A stretch of 64,000 nucleotides of DNA. Source: Botryllus schlosseri (Eukaryota). The translations under genes were made by a program, and so were the position numbers. The first letter of the stretch is position 1. Every line of letters begins with the position of its first letter. A model generated the notes under the pieces. It did not search any database, was not told where the DNA came from, and saw nothing but the letters and a program-made list of their open reading frames with translations. The stretch spans positions 2,916,001 to 2,980,000 of the forward strand of contig CM119378.1 in assembly GCA_051294905.1 (NCBI GenBank), read 5' to 3'. Below are positions 27,766-40,700 of this stretch, one piece after another.

Positions 27766-29421
27766 TAGTGAATATGGGTTATAACAGATTGATGGCCTTT
27801 GCGCATGGCCGTAGAAGGGACGATGTAAGAAGTTTTATGACATCCCACTTCGTTTTCCATATGGATACCAGGACCTGTCATTGCTGACAGGAAGTATTTC
27901 GAAGGCTATTCGATAGTCGCCGAGCAGTATGTCCATTGCCTATATTCAAGTCGAAATACAGCAACTTCTACTGAATGAATACTGGTCAGCTCCTGAGATT
28001 GCCGGACCATGATCCGGTATATCAACCAATCCTTCCGACACTTGCTTGTCATTTTTATGTTATCTTCTATTACTTTCCATTCAGTGTGCAATGTGCATGC
28101 CTGTTCATTGCATTGACTAGGCCCAACTGGGTGTCTGATTTCAAAGACTATGCCAAGTAGTTTCGATATACCATCCTATCTTTTCGTTATATTGCAATCT
28201 TTTGGTGTTTTGTTAACAATAAAGTCAACCCAACTCAATGATCGTTTTGCAGTGTCGAGTGCAGCCATGATTAGCCATATACAGCATTTTCAGTGTCGCA
28301 TTCTGTATCACTCTGAAATAAAAGTATGATATAATATTGACAATTGAGGATTGTTCATCGTTGTGCAGGGCGGGCTGCAATAATAATCAGTGTTAAAATT
28401 GACCGGTGTCAATTGCATGGAGTGCGATGTCACATTGTTGGTGGATTGATATTTGATCAGTGTTCAGTGGCGGCTCGTGACAATATCGGGTGGTGGGCAA
28501 GGGCTGCAAGCGACTTTTTATTAAGATGACGTCACAATGGCGTTTTCCAACGTAAACAAGTAACTTAATGATGGTACGGTAACATGAATTTGCCGGCAAC
28601 AGTGATTTTAACGTATGTGCCACGAGAGGTCCGCCGGTGAGCTGTGACTTGAAGTGTGGTAACTGCGTAAACGGCGTACGGAACAAAGATTCAACACGGT
28701 TCGTGTTCGCACTAGACCTGGAAATGACTATAACTCGAGAGATAGCGTAAGCCTTACTGGAAAGGTCAACGAGTTCGGACAGATACGCAATTGTTATCTC
28801 ATAGATTGGGCCTGTCATATTGAATCCAAAACATCATTCTGAAGAACTGAGAATAGCAGCCTCGGAAATTCGGTCTCTGTACAGCATAGGAGATTTTGAC
28901 CATGAAACTGGAGACTGTAACACGACACATACGGCTTCATTACTGTCTATAGGTCTGCTGCGAAATCGCCTTTGGAAAATATATTACCGAATAAATACGT
29001 GGATGAAAGCTTTAAACTTAGTACACTGTTACATGACATCATAGAGAAGTGGTCTCATGGCCATTTTCGGTATGGTACACTGTCAAAATTAATGCGAACA
29101 GACCAACACCGAATTTTGCGCAAAATTTACTGAGGAATAGGCTGATCGAGATGATCAGCTGTTAGCCGCCATCGAAAACGAAATAGCTATCGCGCTTGAC
29201 AGCAGGGGGTTGTGAGCAAATGGCTTGAAGGCCACAATTTCACGGTGAAATTGACATTGGAGAATATAATATCAAAGTAAATATTTGTATGCAAACTGAG
29301 AATGATATCATCATCTCAGTTAACGTTACCGCAGATACACCGGCTTTTACGTGAAATCCGCAATGCGTTGTATGTTGAAGTGTCAGATCGGAGCACATCT
29401 CTACCATACTCGACTTTGATA

Positions 29422-29995
29422 ACGAAATTACTGCCCTAATCACTGAGTATCAACCTTGAGACTTGGCACAGCGTTCGATACTAAAACCAAGACATACCAT
29501 GCAAAAGCTTATGACGGATCTAGGTAAGGAGCATCGTTAAAATCAATAGATACCAATAGAGTTTGCGTATAATCTGTTAGCGATAAATGACGAGTCAGCT
29601 CTCACTCGAATTAGGAAACGAAATTACCACTAACACAGTTCAGTGACAAACTTGAAACTTGGTACAGCGTTCGATACTAACATTAAGACTTACCGTGCCA
29701 AATTTCATAACCGATCTCAGTATTGAACATCGTCAAAATCAATGGATACCAATACCGGCTTTTGAGTAAAATCTGTTTGCGATACATGACGGATCAGCAC
29801 ACACTCAACTTCGGAAACGGAATTACTACCCTAAACTTCAAGTAGAAACCCTGAAACTTGGGGCAGTGTTAAATACCACCATCACGACATGACAAACCAA
29901 GTTTCAAGAGTTTTCATGGTGTGAAACACCATCAAAATCGACCTATACCAGCAAAGGTCGACTAAACGCGTATTACGGTAATCGAGTTCAGATAT
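29422..29995. repeat. Diverged tandem repeat, about 3 units of ~197 bp
   Basis: Units start near 29422, 29618 and 29817, sharing ACG(A/G)AATTAC..., GA(A/G)ACTTGG..CAG(C/T)GTT and AAAATC. Confidence 0.7.
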
Positions 29996-31259
29996 AGATA
30001 TGATTGTTACATCACACCTTAGGGGCGACCAGGCATATTTGCCCCGCTTGCTCGGCCATTTTACGAATAGGAGAGAGTAAATCACCGTTTCTTTATTGTG
30101 CGCGGCTTTGAGAGAATAGACAGTGAAAGCTTGTTATGAGCGCTACCGGGGCATGCCCCGGCTAGGCATTCGCAAAGCGAAAACAAGACGAGAATTCGAT
30201 TTTCGCAGAGACTTCGCTATATATGGGCATTTACAAGCGAAAGGACAAGAAGAATATGATTTTCGCTGTGATTTCGGTATATATAGATTGGTGTGCGTCT
30301 ATAAATGGGTAAAGAATTGTTATTGAACAGAATATTAGGTGGGGCAATGCCCCAGTTGCCCTATAGGACGAGCCGCCACTGAGTGTTACGTATATAATAA
30401 TGTTATGATTTGATGCTTTCTATAGTAGGCTATACTGCTTACACTCAGAGATGAACAAATTTTGGGAAGCGCCCAAATTAGAAGTATGTAGGATCGGGTG
30501 ACACACTTCATGTCAGTCATAGGCAGGGGGCCTGGTGATTACAAAAACATCATCAACTTGCCGGTAACTCGTAATGACATGCGTTTATATGGTAATGATA
30601 AAGGCTACCAGCTGACTAGAAAGATCGTCACCCAGATATACGCGGGTCATTTTTTCTGATTTACTGCGGGAAAGAACATATGAAGTACGAGACACTTTGC
30701 AGTATTTCTTGGGCGTCAAGGCAAATTGCCTCGCGGGCCGTTGCCCGTTGCCAATCTCCATAACAATGAAAAATTCGAGGCTGATTGTGGGAGTTCCAGG
30801 GCCACGAGCGGAATAAAATTTATATTTTCGTAATCAGCTAGTGCAGAGTCAGCTTTCGATTGATACTCGTTTTACCAAATTTAATGCTCGGCAAGCCGGT
30901 CGAAAATAACCATCAAATTGCCTGTAGCCAAATGGAAATTGTGACGTGATACAATTTCACTGAGGCGTGAGATTTGCCTGTGCCTACACCATATAGGACA
31001 CTATGACCGAACCATAGTTGCCGGAGCTAGAGCCGGAGCAGTGGTATCAAAGTACTTCGGAGCTGGGGCCGGAGATAATTTATGATAGAAGAGAGCTCCG
31101 GAGCCGGAGCTGGAGCAGTTTAAAATTTACGACTGCTCCAAAGCCCTGGTGAACACGATTATAATGTTTTAACCTACGGGCCAAAAATTTTATTTCGTGT
31201 CAACTGAAACCTTGGCCGTTAGGTGGCAGTTGGAAGCTCGCAGAAATGTAAAAGGACTG

Positions 31260-31783
31260 TAGGGCTGGGCAAAATCGAGTACCTGAGTGATTCGATTCTG
31301 AATCACGTAAAATGCTTCGAGTCAAGTCGAGTAATCGAGTATCACTCATTATGACGTCACAACAGAATGTGATATGTCAAAGTTCAAATATATTCCTTTT
31401 ATGCGACCACAAAGACTATTATTCCTGCTATCCATCACATGAAAGATAATTTGGTATTTTTCGACCGCCGCTTTCATTGCACTTGGTGACAGAGTTGTGG
31501 GATGATCATGACTTTGGAAATGAGTCATTTCCAGTAACGTTCGTAGCTTTGTACTATATGTTTGTGTTTCGTATTCTACGATACGGCCAGTCAAGGTTTC
31601 AAGGCTTCGATCGACAGTGAAATTTAGTATAGAAACTACAATTATCGCTGATAAATTACCTTGCAGTGGCGAGGAGAGTATAATTTCAGTACTCGAAAAT
31701 ATCGTCTTTTACTACTCGACTCGAATCATTAAAATTAATACTCGATTCAGATTCGAGTACTCGTATCCTTGTGCCCAGCCCTA
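31260..31783. mobile_element. hAT-like MITE (TAGGGCTGGGCA family)
   Basis: Both TIRs present; flanks AAAAGGACTG/AAAAGGAGTG. Confidence 0.88.
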
Positions 31784-31802
31784 AAAAGGAGTGACCAGTG
31801 GA

Positions 31803-32205
31803 TAGGGTTACCAACTACCATATTTTGGAATCGGGAAAGGAAGACACTTTTTCAAAATTTTCAGACCTAGAACTGTGGAGGAAAATTGAGGAAATGGTAC
31901 ATTTTCTCCGACTTTGTGGTTGGTTGACTAAAAAAAACGGCTAAACTCCAAAAATACTGTTTTTCTTTCACACTTTACGTTGGTTGACTGAAAAAAGAGG
32001 TCGTCACTCTCGTTCGAACCACGTATTTCCTATTTAGCGTCATTTATGTCCATTTCCACGCGTATCTGTCTACTATCCTAGCTCTAAAAGCTGTAAAGAA
32101 GGACGACTTCCCAGAAAGGAGGACATTTAGGCGTGCTCTGAGGACATTTTTAAAAACCTGGAAAAGGAGGCAAATCCTCCTAAAGGAGGACGTATGGTAG
32201 CCCAG
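31803..32205. mobile_element. hAT-like MITE (TAGGGTTACCATA family), decayed
   Basis: TAGGGTTACCA...GGACGTATGGTAGCCC; internal AAAGGAGGAC motifs as in the other copies. Confidence 0.75.
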
Positions 32206-34312
32206 CGGGTGGAGTAAGCATGCAAAATAACTGCAAAATAACTACCACGCTCTAGTCTAGTTGAACATTGTTCAAGATGTGCCACACAAATCACTTACTG
32301 TTTCAAGTAAAACGACAAATCGAAATAAGATTACTTTTGGATAGTGCGCAAATAAATCCTTAGTCTGGCCCGACATTGGATAGGCAATAGTTCGGCGATA
32401 TGCAATCACGAAGTGACACAGGAAGTCTGGATCCGGCAATAATGTGAATCATTGACTGCGATTACAACGCATATATACTTCTTTGTCATTTGGCTTTTCG
32501 CGATTAGGGTTTCCACAACGAATCAGTGATGCGCATTATAGTTTGCGTGCCAATTTACGAAAGGTGCCCTTCCTGCCACAAAATTACGTGACCGATTTTT
32601 ATTTCCCGTGTCCTTTGATTTCTAAATATCTCTGTCAACCCGGAATCCCTTATGGAAGTTCATGTTTCGAGTCATGTCATACATAAGATGATGTGACGTC
32701 TCAACTTATCGCACGTATGCCGCCTTACATATTGCGTCCATTGTATAACTTTGCTGGTTTTCTGTACGTGTTTGATGCGAAAAGCACTTGGTTCGTTAAT
32801 GATCCAATGAACCGTTCGCATCGCTGCTGATAGTATTAGTCATGTGTTTAACGGAAGTAACCTCTCTGTGGTATTGATCGTAATTGCCGTATAACTTAGC
32901 CGCGATAGGCATACACAAAGACATCACACGAATGGGGTTTTCCAACCGGATCTGGGGTTTTCAGGAATCCTGATTTTGTTAAACATCATGCTTGTTGGTA
33001 CACTACTATTTCAAAGACATATATTACGGGGGTAACATGACAAGGTCCATTGTCCACGAAGCAGGCGCTGTTGTCCGTTAAAATATATCAATTCCACTAT
33101 TTTATACAAATACAGCAATAGCAGAGTCACGACGGCCTTGAATGACAGTGGTGCAGCTCGACTGTTGTGAAGTCTTGATTATTACGTCGCAAAGAGTCAT
33201 TCTCATTGAGCTATGCTTTGGAATAATATTTAGGACTAGGATAATTCGACAGCGCTGAATAGCTTCGAAGTGACTTATCGACTATCGCCATTACTGGTTT
33301 ATTTCGATGAGGATATTTCCTTGCAACAAGTTCGCCCATAGAAAGTTAGCGCACCGGAGCAAGCTTAGACAGGTGTTTGTGTTCTGTTACTGTCGCACAA
33401 TTGAAGAGGCATGCCTGCTGCATACATTTACGCTTCAGAAGTCTTGGAACTTACATCACTTCAGAGCATAACGAATATGTTTCGCTGGGATTTGCATGAC
33501 CGTGTATTAAAACCCAGCACACCTAACGCTATACCCACTTAAATTTCAATATATCGAGGGCGGGATTCATTTCAGCATCAGTCTCGCAGTAATTACTGAG
33601 TTTCCCGGCGATATGTCGCACGCATCTCATACCAATATATGTGATATACAGAACCTGTAATACAGAACCTGCTAGCTGTAATCATATGAAACATCTTATG
33701 TGTAATTTGAGGTAAAACCGGATCAAAGACATACTCTACATATATGTAGTTAGCCCAAACAGATTAAGAATTATATTGAACCCCTGCAGAATGGACATTA
33801 GCTTTTCCAAATAATATTAGATTTAGAATTATAGCTACACAATTTTTTCCAAATTTGATAATAGTTAGAATAACTGAATTCGCTAAAACTTAGTACATAT
33901 CAAATCAGAATTCGTTTTAATAAGAACGAGAAAGGCAAATGTCTCTGCAGCAAGCTTGGCTCATTTCGCACTATACAGTACTTCTGTGGCATTTTCGTTA
34001 GACCAGAAATTAGATTAGGGTTAAAATGAGAGCGTGAACACATTTCACAGATTAGATTAGAAAGAGATCACTGGCATTTCGCTCAAACCATTCTAATTTG
34101 ACTACTAGAATTGTTTATAGCTGTCCAAATGCTCCCCTGCGCATTCACGAGAGAATCGTCTGATTACATCACCATACAAAACATTTTCTACTGTTACTTA
34201 CGCTATGACAAAATGAAGCCTGTATTAAAGCAGTATTATGGGATCTGTTGGAGTTTTCAATCACAACTGAAGCAGGGCTAGTACATATCCACGAAGTGGC
34301 CTGATATTCTTA

Positions 34313-35251
34313 ATGGAACAGAATTGGAATCTAACAGCAGAAAACACGACTTTTTCAAATCAGAATACCAGCTTCAAAGGCAATAGCATCAACACGAGCG
34401 GCAATCATACGCTATTGCTTGTGAAACAAGTGCTGATTTTCAACGCCGTTGTCCCAACGATCCTGGTCATCGACACCTACTTTTTCGTATGCTTGCTGAT
34501 TCACGGAAAAAGAAAGAAGAAATGTATGGCTTCGAAAGACGCTAGAAACATTTTTATCAGTTGTGTCGCAACCATAGCCTCCGGGATACCATCGTGCATC
34601 GTACAGCTCGTTGCTATCGCGCAATGGAAGACTCGTGATGTTCAACTGTGCGAAGTCACCGCTGATCTCGCCGGGGCATTCACGGCCATTGCTAAATACT
34701 CTATTTACGGTTTCTTGCGTCACAGACAAGTAATCATAAATAGCAATCCCGCGTTGAATCAATTGAGAGAGAAGTCATGCCAGATTTGCAACAAGCTCCA
34801 TATGGTTTTCGATGCCTGCATGATCTTGTTCAGTGTCATACCGGTCTTTGCGATGGAATCAAGGAAGGATTGCTTGCCGATTCGTAGCAATGCATTTTCG
34901 CACCTTACCATCGCAATTCCTACTATCGTGCTTGCATACGGCATAACGAGCCAGTTGGCATTTTCCGTTCAATTTCTGTATCCATTGTTCAAGATTCGCG
35001 GACTTGAAATGCAAGATGCCACGAATTGCACGATATTGGCGTTGATTCGCAGATGCCTAGCCGCCACGTTTTTCATCACATTTACAGATATAGTTCTATT
35101 AATCATTCTTGCCACGACACCGGACCGTTTTGTCACATTGGCGAGCTCGTACACAATTTACGAAGTAGACATTCTCGTAAATCAGATAGCCATGTTGATG
35201 ACATTCAAAGACTTCGGAAGTATTTTGAAAGCGCCATTTTCGAGATTGTGA
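34313..35251 (+). CDS. Intronless orphan seven-transmembrane (GPCR-like) receptor, 312 aa; paralogue of 26776-27765
   Basis: Single ORF; N-terminus with several NxS/T sites (NLT, NTT, NTS, NTS, NHT); seven hydrophobic segments. Shares C-x18-IYGxLxxRQ, the TM5 Pro and IRRC...TDI with the neighbouring receptor. Confidence 0.85.
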   Translation: MEQNWNLTAENTTFSNQNTSFKGNSINTSGNHTLLLVKQVLIFNAVVPTILVIDTYFFVCLLIHGKRKKKCMASKDARNIFISCVATIASGIPSCIVQLVAIAQWKTRDVQLCEVTADLAGAFTAIAKYSIYGFLRHRQVIINSNPALNQLREKSCQICNKLHMVFDACMILFSVIPVFAMESRKDCLPIRSNAFSHLTIAIPTIVLAYGITSQLAFSVQFLYPLFKIRGLEMQDATNCTILALIRRCLAATFFITFTDIVLLIILATTPDRFVTLASSYTIYEVDILVNQIAMLMTFKDFGSILKAPFSRL

Positions 35252-37735
35252 TGGATAACCTGGATGTAGTTACATAAAACTATTAGACATACAGAACAAA
35301 TCATTGCGATCTCGGTCAAAAAATTTAATTAGTGATGACTCAAATAAGATCGAATGGTGGCATTAATATAATGATATACTACTAAGACAGTGTGCACTGT
35401 CCACATGCAAGTTCAGTTCAAGCAGCATTGAATAATAGCCAACGCTCGAGATTACCGGACCACGATTTGATATATCTACCGGCACCTACCGTATTCATTT
35501 TGATGCCTCTTATTTGCATGTTTTAGGCCAAGGCGGTTGTCTGATTGAAAGACTATACTGCAAATTGTTCTAACTCTTTCCTATCTTTTCATTGTATCGC
35601 ATTTTTGTCTTGTTTTAAAGAATGAGAATTATTAATAGGCTGCATGAATGAAGATTTCCGTCTATACAGTGTGTAAATAAATATATGTATTTCAGTTGTC
35701 TGCTTTTACAAATATTAGATATACCATAAAATCTTGAGTGCTAAAACGTTTACTAACATTTTAATAGCTTGATGATCCGTATAGTGCAATTTGCGATTCT
35801 GGTTTAAATAAAACATTCCGTTTTGTAGAATTAGCCAATACTCAGTAGGCAATGCATATAGTGAAGGTCATATTAGATGGTTCTTGGTTTATTAACTGTA
35901 TCGGCTATGCTCGAATCCATTTGTTTTCAGATCCAGTATTCTCGGTTCAAAATATGTTATAATTTCTGATCGGTCTATACACTTATATTCAGCTGAAAAT
36001 CAGGTCATGGAAAATGGAACTATGTTTAATTAACGTCACGATTTGAACGCACGGCTTATGACCCAATGATGAATACCTAACGCCGGTACAACATATTCTC
36101 CTATGTATTGAAATAGCCAGTTATTCCACTAGACAAGCATGGCGCAAATAAATAAACTATTTTGCCAAAACACATATGAACGCACATCGCATGTCATTGC
36201 AGCACATAATATTGTCATCTGCAAGCAATTATCCGTGCTGTGGTCGGTGACATCACGTGTATACTAAATATATATATATATCCCTATGTCTATACGGTAT
36301 TTTCTCACGTTTGTATGGCGGAAAGTCCATCTCAGGTACGGTGTCTGCATTTTGGTTACAGTCAGAGAGAAATTCTTCTTTACTTGACGCTGGTCCAAGA
36401 AATCGAACCTCTCAAGTCGTGCATGGTATAATTGGGAGATATAGTAGTTGGGAATTTAGTAGCGTATACAGGAGTTTAGGAGTTCACGGGGAAATGTTGC
36501 GGCAACGTTATAGGGTTATATCTTTATACGCGATTAGTCGAGTTCGTACTTCGTAGTAGACTGATGGAATTTGAAACCTTCGTACTGACTACAGAAGGCG
36601 TTGTATGTAGTCACAAGTCAGCGCTACTATTTCTGTCTGTGAATTGTCGCGAGGGTATAACTGCTGCCGGCATGTTGAATTTTACTGTATAAGCTCTCGA
36701 TGTATGACTCTTAGCAATTACTGCACGAAAATAAAGACTGAAAAAATTGGTAATACGTTCATCAAACTTAGCACATCGAGCTTTTGTATACCGATACCGG
36801 AAGCACGTAAAGATGCCGTGAATATACAATAGCAAATTCCCGTCAGGCTGTCATTTCGACTTGAAGCCAAATTGAAGACGCTGCTCTGGAATGACATTGT
36901 TCCTTTTATCAGCAGCAGCAATCAATTTCCGAATAATATAAACTCCAGTTTTCGAAGCCATTTGTACGAGGTAGCTTATTTATTTCACACTGCTTCAGTC
37001 TGTGTGCGACGGTTAGATCGTTCACGTACACAATTAACACGTTAACGATATGTGACCAGTGAGCACATCGCAAATAATGACCACATTTGTGTTATTTTCG
37101 CGATGTAGGATTAATCCCAGAGGGATGCCTATGCGAATCGGGTTACATGATGGCAACGCACGGAACTTTCAGCTGGAATGAATGGCCTAAAATAGCATTG
37201 CTGATGGCAATGAAAGGTATGACGGGGTATGACAATGTTTTACCTAAGTTAATGCTATAATTAGACCCTTTCCCCCCATCGGTAATTCTCAGCATGATCA
37301 TTTGAGCACACATCTCGCAGACACTAATATTACATCAGTAGTGTAGCTCAAGACATATAAGCTACAACGCTACATCATGGGCTGTCAGAAATAGCCTATA
37401 CTCTACAACTACCAAGTGGGAACGCAAGTTGCTCAGCAGCAGAAAACAAAGAAAACTCAAGGCCAAGAGAACACTAAGGATTGCTGTCTAGCACAATCAA
37501 TTAATCATCAATCACATTGCAACATGCACTGTGCAGTGTGCACGCCCAAACCCCGATGTCTATCAACAATGCGGTTTGGACAATTCTAGCGGTGCACGAC
37601 TTTTATGGCAACCATGCTCGTCAATATAACATCACCAAATATGGAGTTCGTTAACATTTTCATGTAAATTTATAAATCCAAGTTTCATTGGTACAATTTT
37701 ATCCCAAGTAACCTAAATTATCCATATAAACATTC

Positions 37736-40700
37736 ATGATTATGCAGAAAATTTACCGTATTCATTGTACGGCAGCTGTTTTGTTTGGATATTCAAACGC
37801 GCAATGCTCGAAATCCATGAAAGCCCAACCACTCCAATTACTTGACACGAATGGCCAGATCGATTTCAAATCTTCAAACGAAACGCGAAGATGCGAGTGG
37901 AAGCTCCCGGCTATGACCACATCCCAAGCCGTTGTATTTTACATCGACCAAGCTGATATGACATACGGAGTCAAGGGACGGTGTTCTGGGAGGATCATTT
38001 TTCCAGGTGTGGCGCGAATCAAATTTACCACAAGAATTGCGGATTTGTAATGTTATGCATCATAAATTAGGCTAACTATATCTCCTCCGTTGTCCACCGC
38101 GGATGCTCAAACACCCCCATTCATTATCTTTGTTAGCATTTCGAGTTAGTTGCATGTACTAGCATTTCGAGTTAGTTGCATGTACTTTCAATAACGCTTT
38201 AGGCGAGACGTATTTATATCCAAAAGAATTACTGACATGAAGCATTCTAAATTGGTGGTTAAAAAGGTTTTCCAACAAATTACCCTACCACCGCTACCTC
38301 GTTGATTGTTATAGCAAACATTATTCGACGTTCTCTTCGACATCTGGGCCTTTCTGCATGCGGGTATCCGTCGCAATTTCGAACTCAGACCTATTAGTTG
38401 GATCAGTTTGGAGAGTCTTGATAGTTGTACACTGTACAGCCTTTCAATGATATTTCGTGTAATCAATTTCATAAACTCGTTAAAGGGATAATTCCTTTTT
38501 GGAAAAAGCGAAGGAAACCGCATTGCTGTTTTGTATCTGTAACTTTTGCCTGAAACTATATACCAAGGAAATGTCCAACATCATCAAATTCAAACGTAAT
38601 AATTTTACTTTCGTTTTATTTGCCAGCAAAAATGTCCTATTTTGGGGTGTTGAAAATATGGTAAGCCTGCATAAATAGAAAAATGAATCGAAGACCTGTC
38701 AAATAATGAATTTCAACTCCCGATTGGTATTGTCAAATTTGAAGATATCCAATATAATTATGACTACAGAATCGCAATCTCGAGTATGCACAGCTTCGAA
38801 ACTTTGTCGAACATTCGTCCACGAGAATTCGAGCTGTTCAATGCAGGATATGACGTCACAGCTGCTGGCGCAATGTCAAGAAAACCGCATACATAACAGG
38901 CGCGGCCGCGGTGATACCACACTCAGATACACGACTGCCAACGCTGCGGGCAAAACCGTCACATTCAGCGTGTTATACAGCATTTACAACTGTACTCGAC
39001 GCGAGGGAATCGGTAAGGATATGTTACGTCTTATAAAATCACATTGTCCGTATTTTCTTAAATTCGTCCTTTTTTCTGACTTATGCCCTTCGTATAGCCT
39101 ACTTCACAGTGATTAGGCAAACTATTTACTTTTTTCCGATATGGATTTTGAAAAGTCGGAAGTCGTTATTGCATGAGTCTGCATCAATTTAGGAGTAAAA
39201 TTTTCATGAGAACCGTTGGAATAGCCACTGTATCACGGCAACTGAATATATTTTCGAAGATTCTAGCTCGTTTTAATGTCATTAGTCAATTTTTACCTCA
39301 GTCCTGAAGATTCATCCTGCAATTCAATAAAATAGCCACCTCCGGATCACTGTTAAATGTTTGTGACTCCTAGATCAAATCTACTGTCTGGTAGTACGTA
39401 CTTGAGTACTTTTCATTCTCCTACTCCCTACCTCAAGTAGTTTCGACATGCCGCTACTTCTACATGTGATTGACGTTACGTTCACCTGAGTAGCAATAAT
39501 GACTACTTTGACCACGTTAGTACAAATACCACAGTGCGTAACATAGTTGTTAAGTTGTTGAAGGTATAATGGTAGCTAAATGAAAGTGGCATTGACCAGC
39601 GTCATCCGTTACAAAGCATATACTGTTGAAACGTAGACCGATCACGGATTGAGTTGATCAACAAACGTCACATTGCGTCATAATCCGTCCGGTTGCGTCA
39701 ACCATCAGCGATAATTCGATTCGCCACGTAACACGCTAAGCGAAAAGAATGTGTATTCGCACCTAAAAGGCGGTACATGAAAACTCAATACACCTCAGAA
39801 TTATACCGCGGTATAGCCCGAACACAACATTTTTTATCCAAATGATGCTTTGAGTGAGTGCAAAAGGAGTATGAAGGAACGTAGCAGTGCTTTGCAATTA
39901 CGCCCTCAATTAATCAGAACCGTTTCTTCCGCAAAGTAACCAAAATATGTGAGCTAGCGCTTGAGTAAATACAGAGAAAGAAAAACGCCGATTGATAATG
40001 ATGATTGGCTCAAACCGCGCGACAATTAAATTGAAGCACACAAATAAAGAAATGTTGTTCAGTCTCAAACAAGTCGGGTGAAATATTGCAGAATGGGGTT
40101 TCAACATTACGATGTAGGTTCAGTTTTTGTGGACTACCTTTTGGGTGTGAACACACATTCTTTTTCCTACAAGTGTATTCACTTCACGCTGTGTTGTCGA
40201 TCGTGGATCCCATTATCTTCGTTCACGGCTCCCGACGAATCATTTTTTCCTCGCAATCTATGCAACCGCCCCATATAATAACAGTGTTGCCTTACCGCAT
40301 ATGCCTCTATGTGCGATGGTCGTATCTTTTAGAGTTAGAGTTGCGAAATGAACGCTGAGAATGTTGATAGTTTTCGCTATCTTGGAAGATTTCCGCAGAT
40401 GTCCTGTAGTTATCTTTTGTGCGATTACTTGATGTTGTCAATTTGTCTTCAGAGACAGTGGTAATTATAGGAATTCTAGCAGGTTGCTTCCGCGTTTTAG
40501 ACCGATAAGAGTGCCGTGAGCTTCCGGTATGGCTGTAGTTGCTCTTCTGATACTCATCGTCGGGATTAAAGCATACCTCTACCGGTCTAGGTTCATTCAC
40601 GAACTGTGCTTCATCATACCAAGTCGGGATAGCGCACTGCTTCGAAGTGTTGGGCGTACTTCGCAAGCCGTGAATACCGTAGCAAAACGCTAGTTGTACA

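Noticed and set aside
36240..36930. Possible third degraded 7TM paralogue or transposon-protein fragment
   Set aside because: Only faint resemblance and multiple stops; no family motifs recovered.
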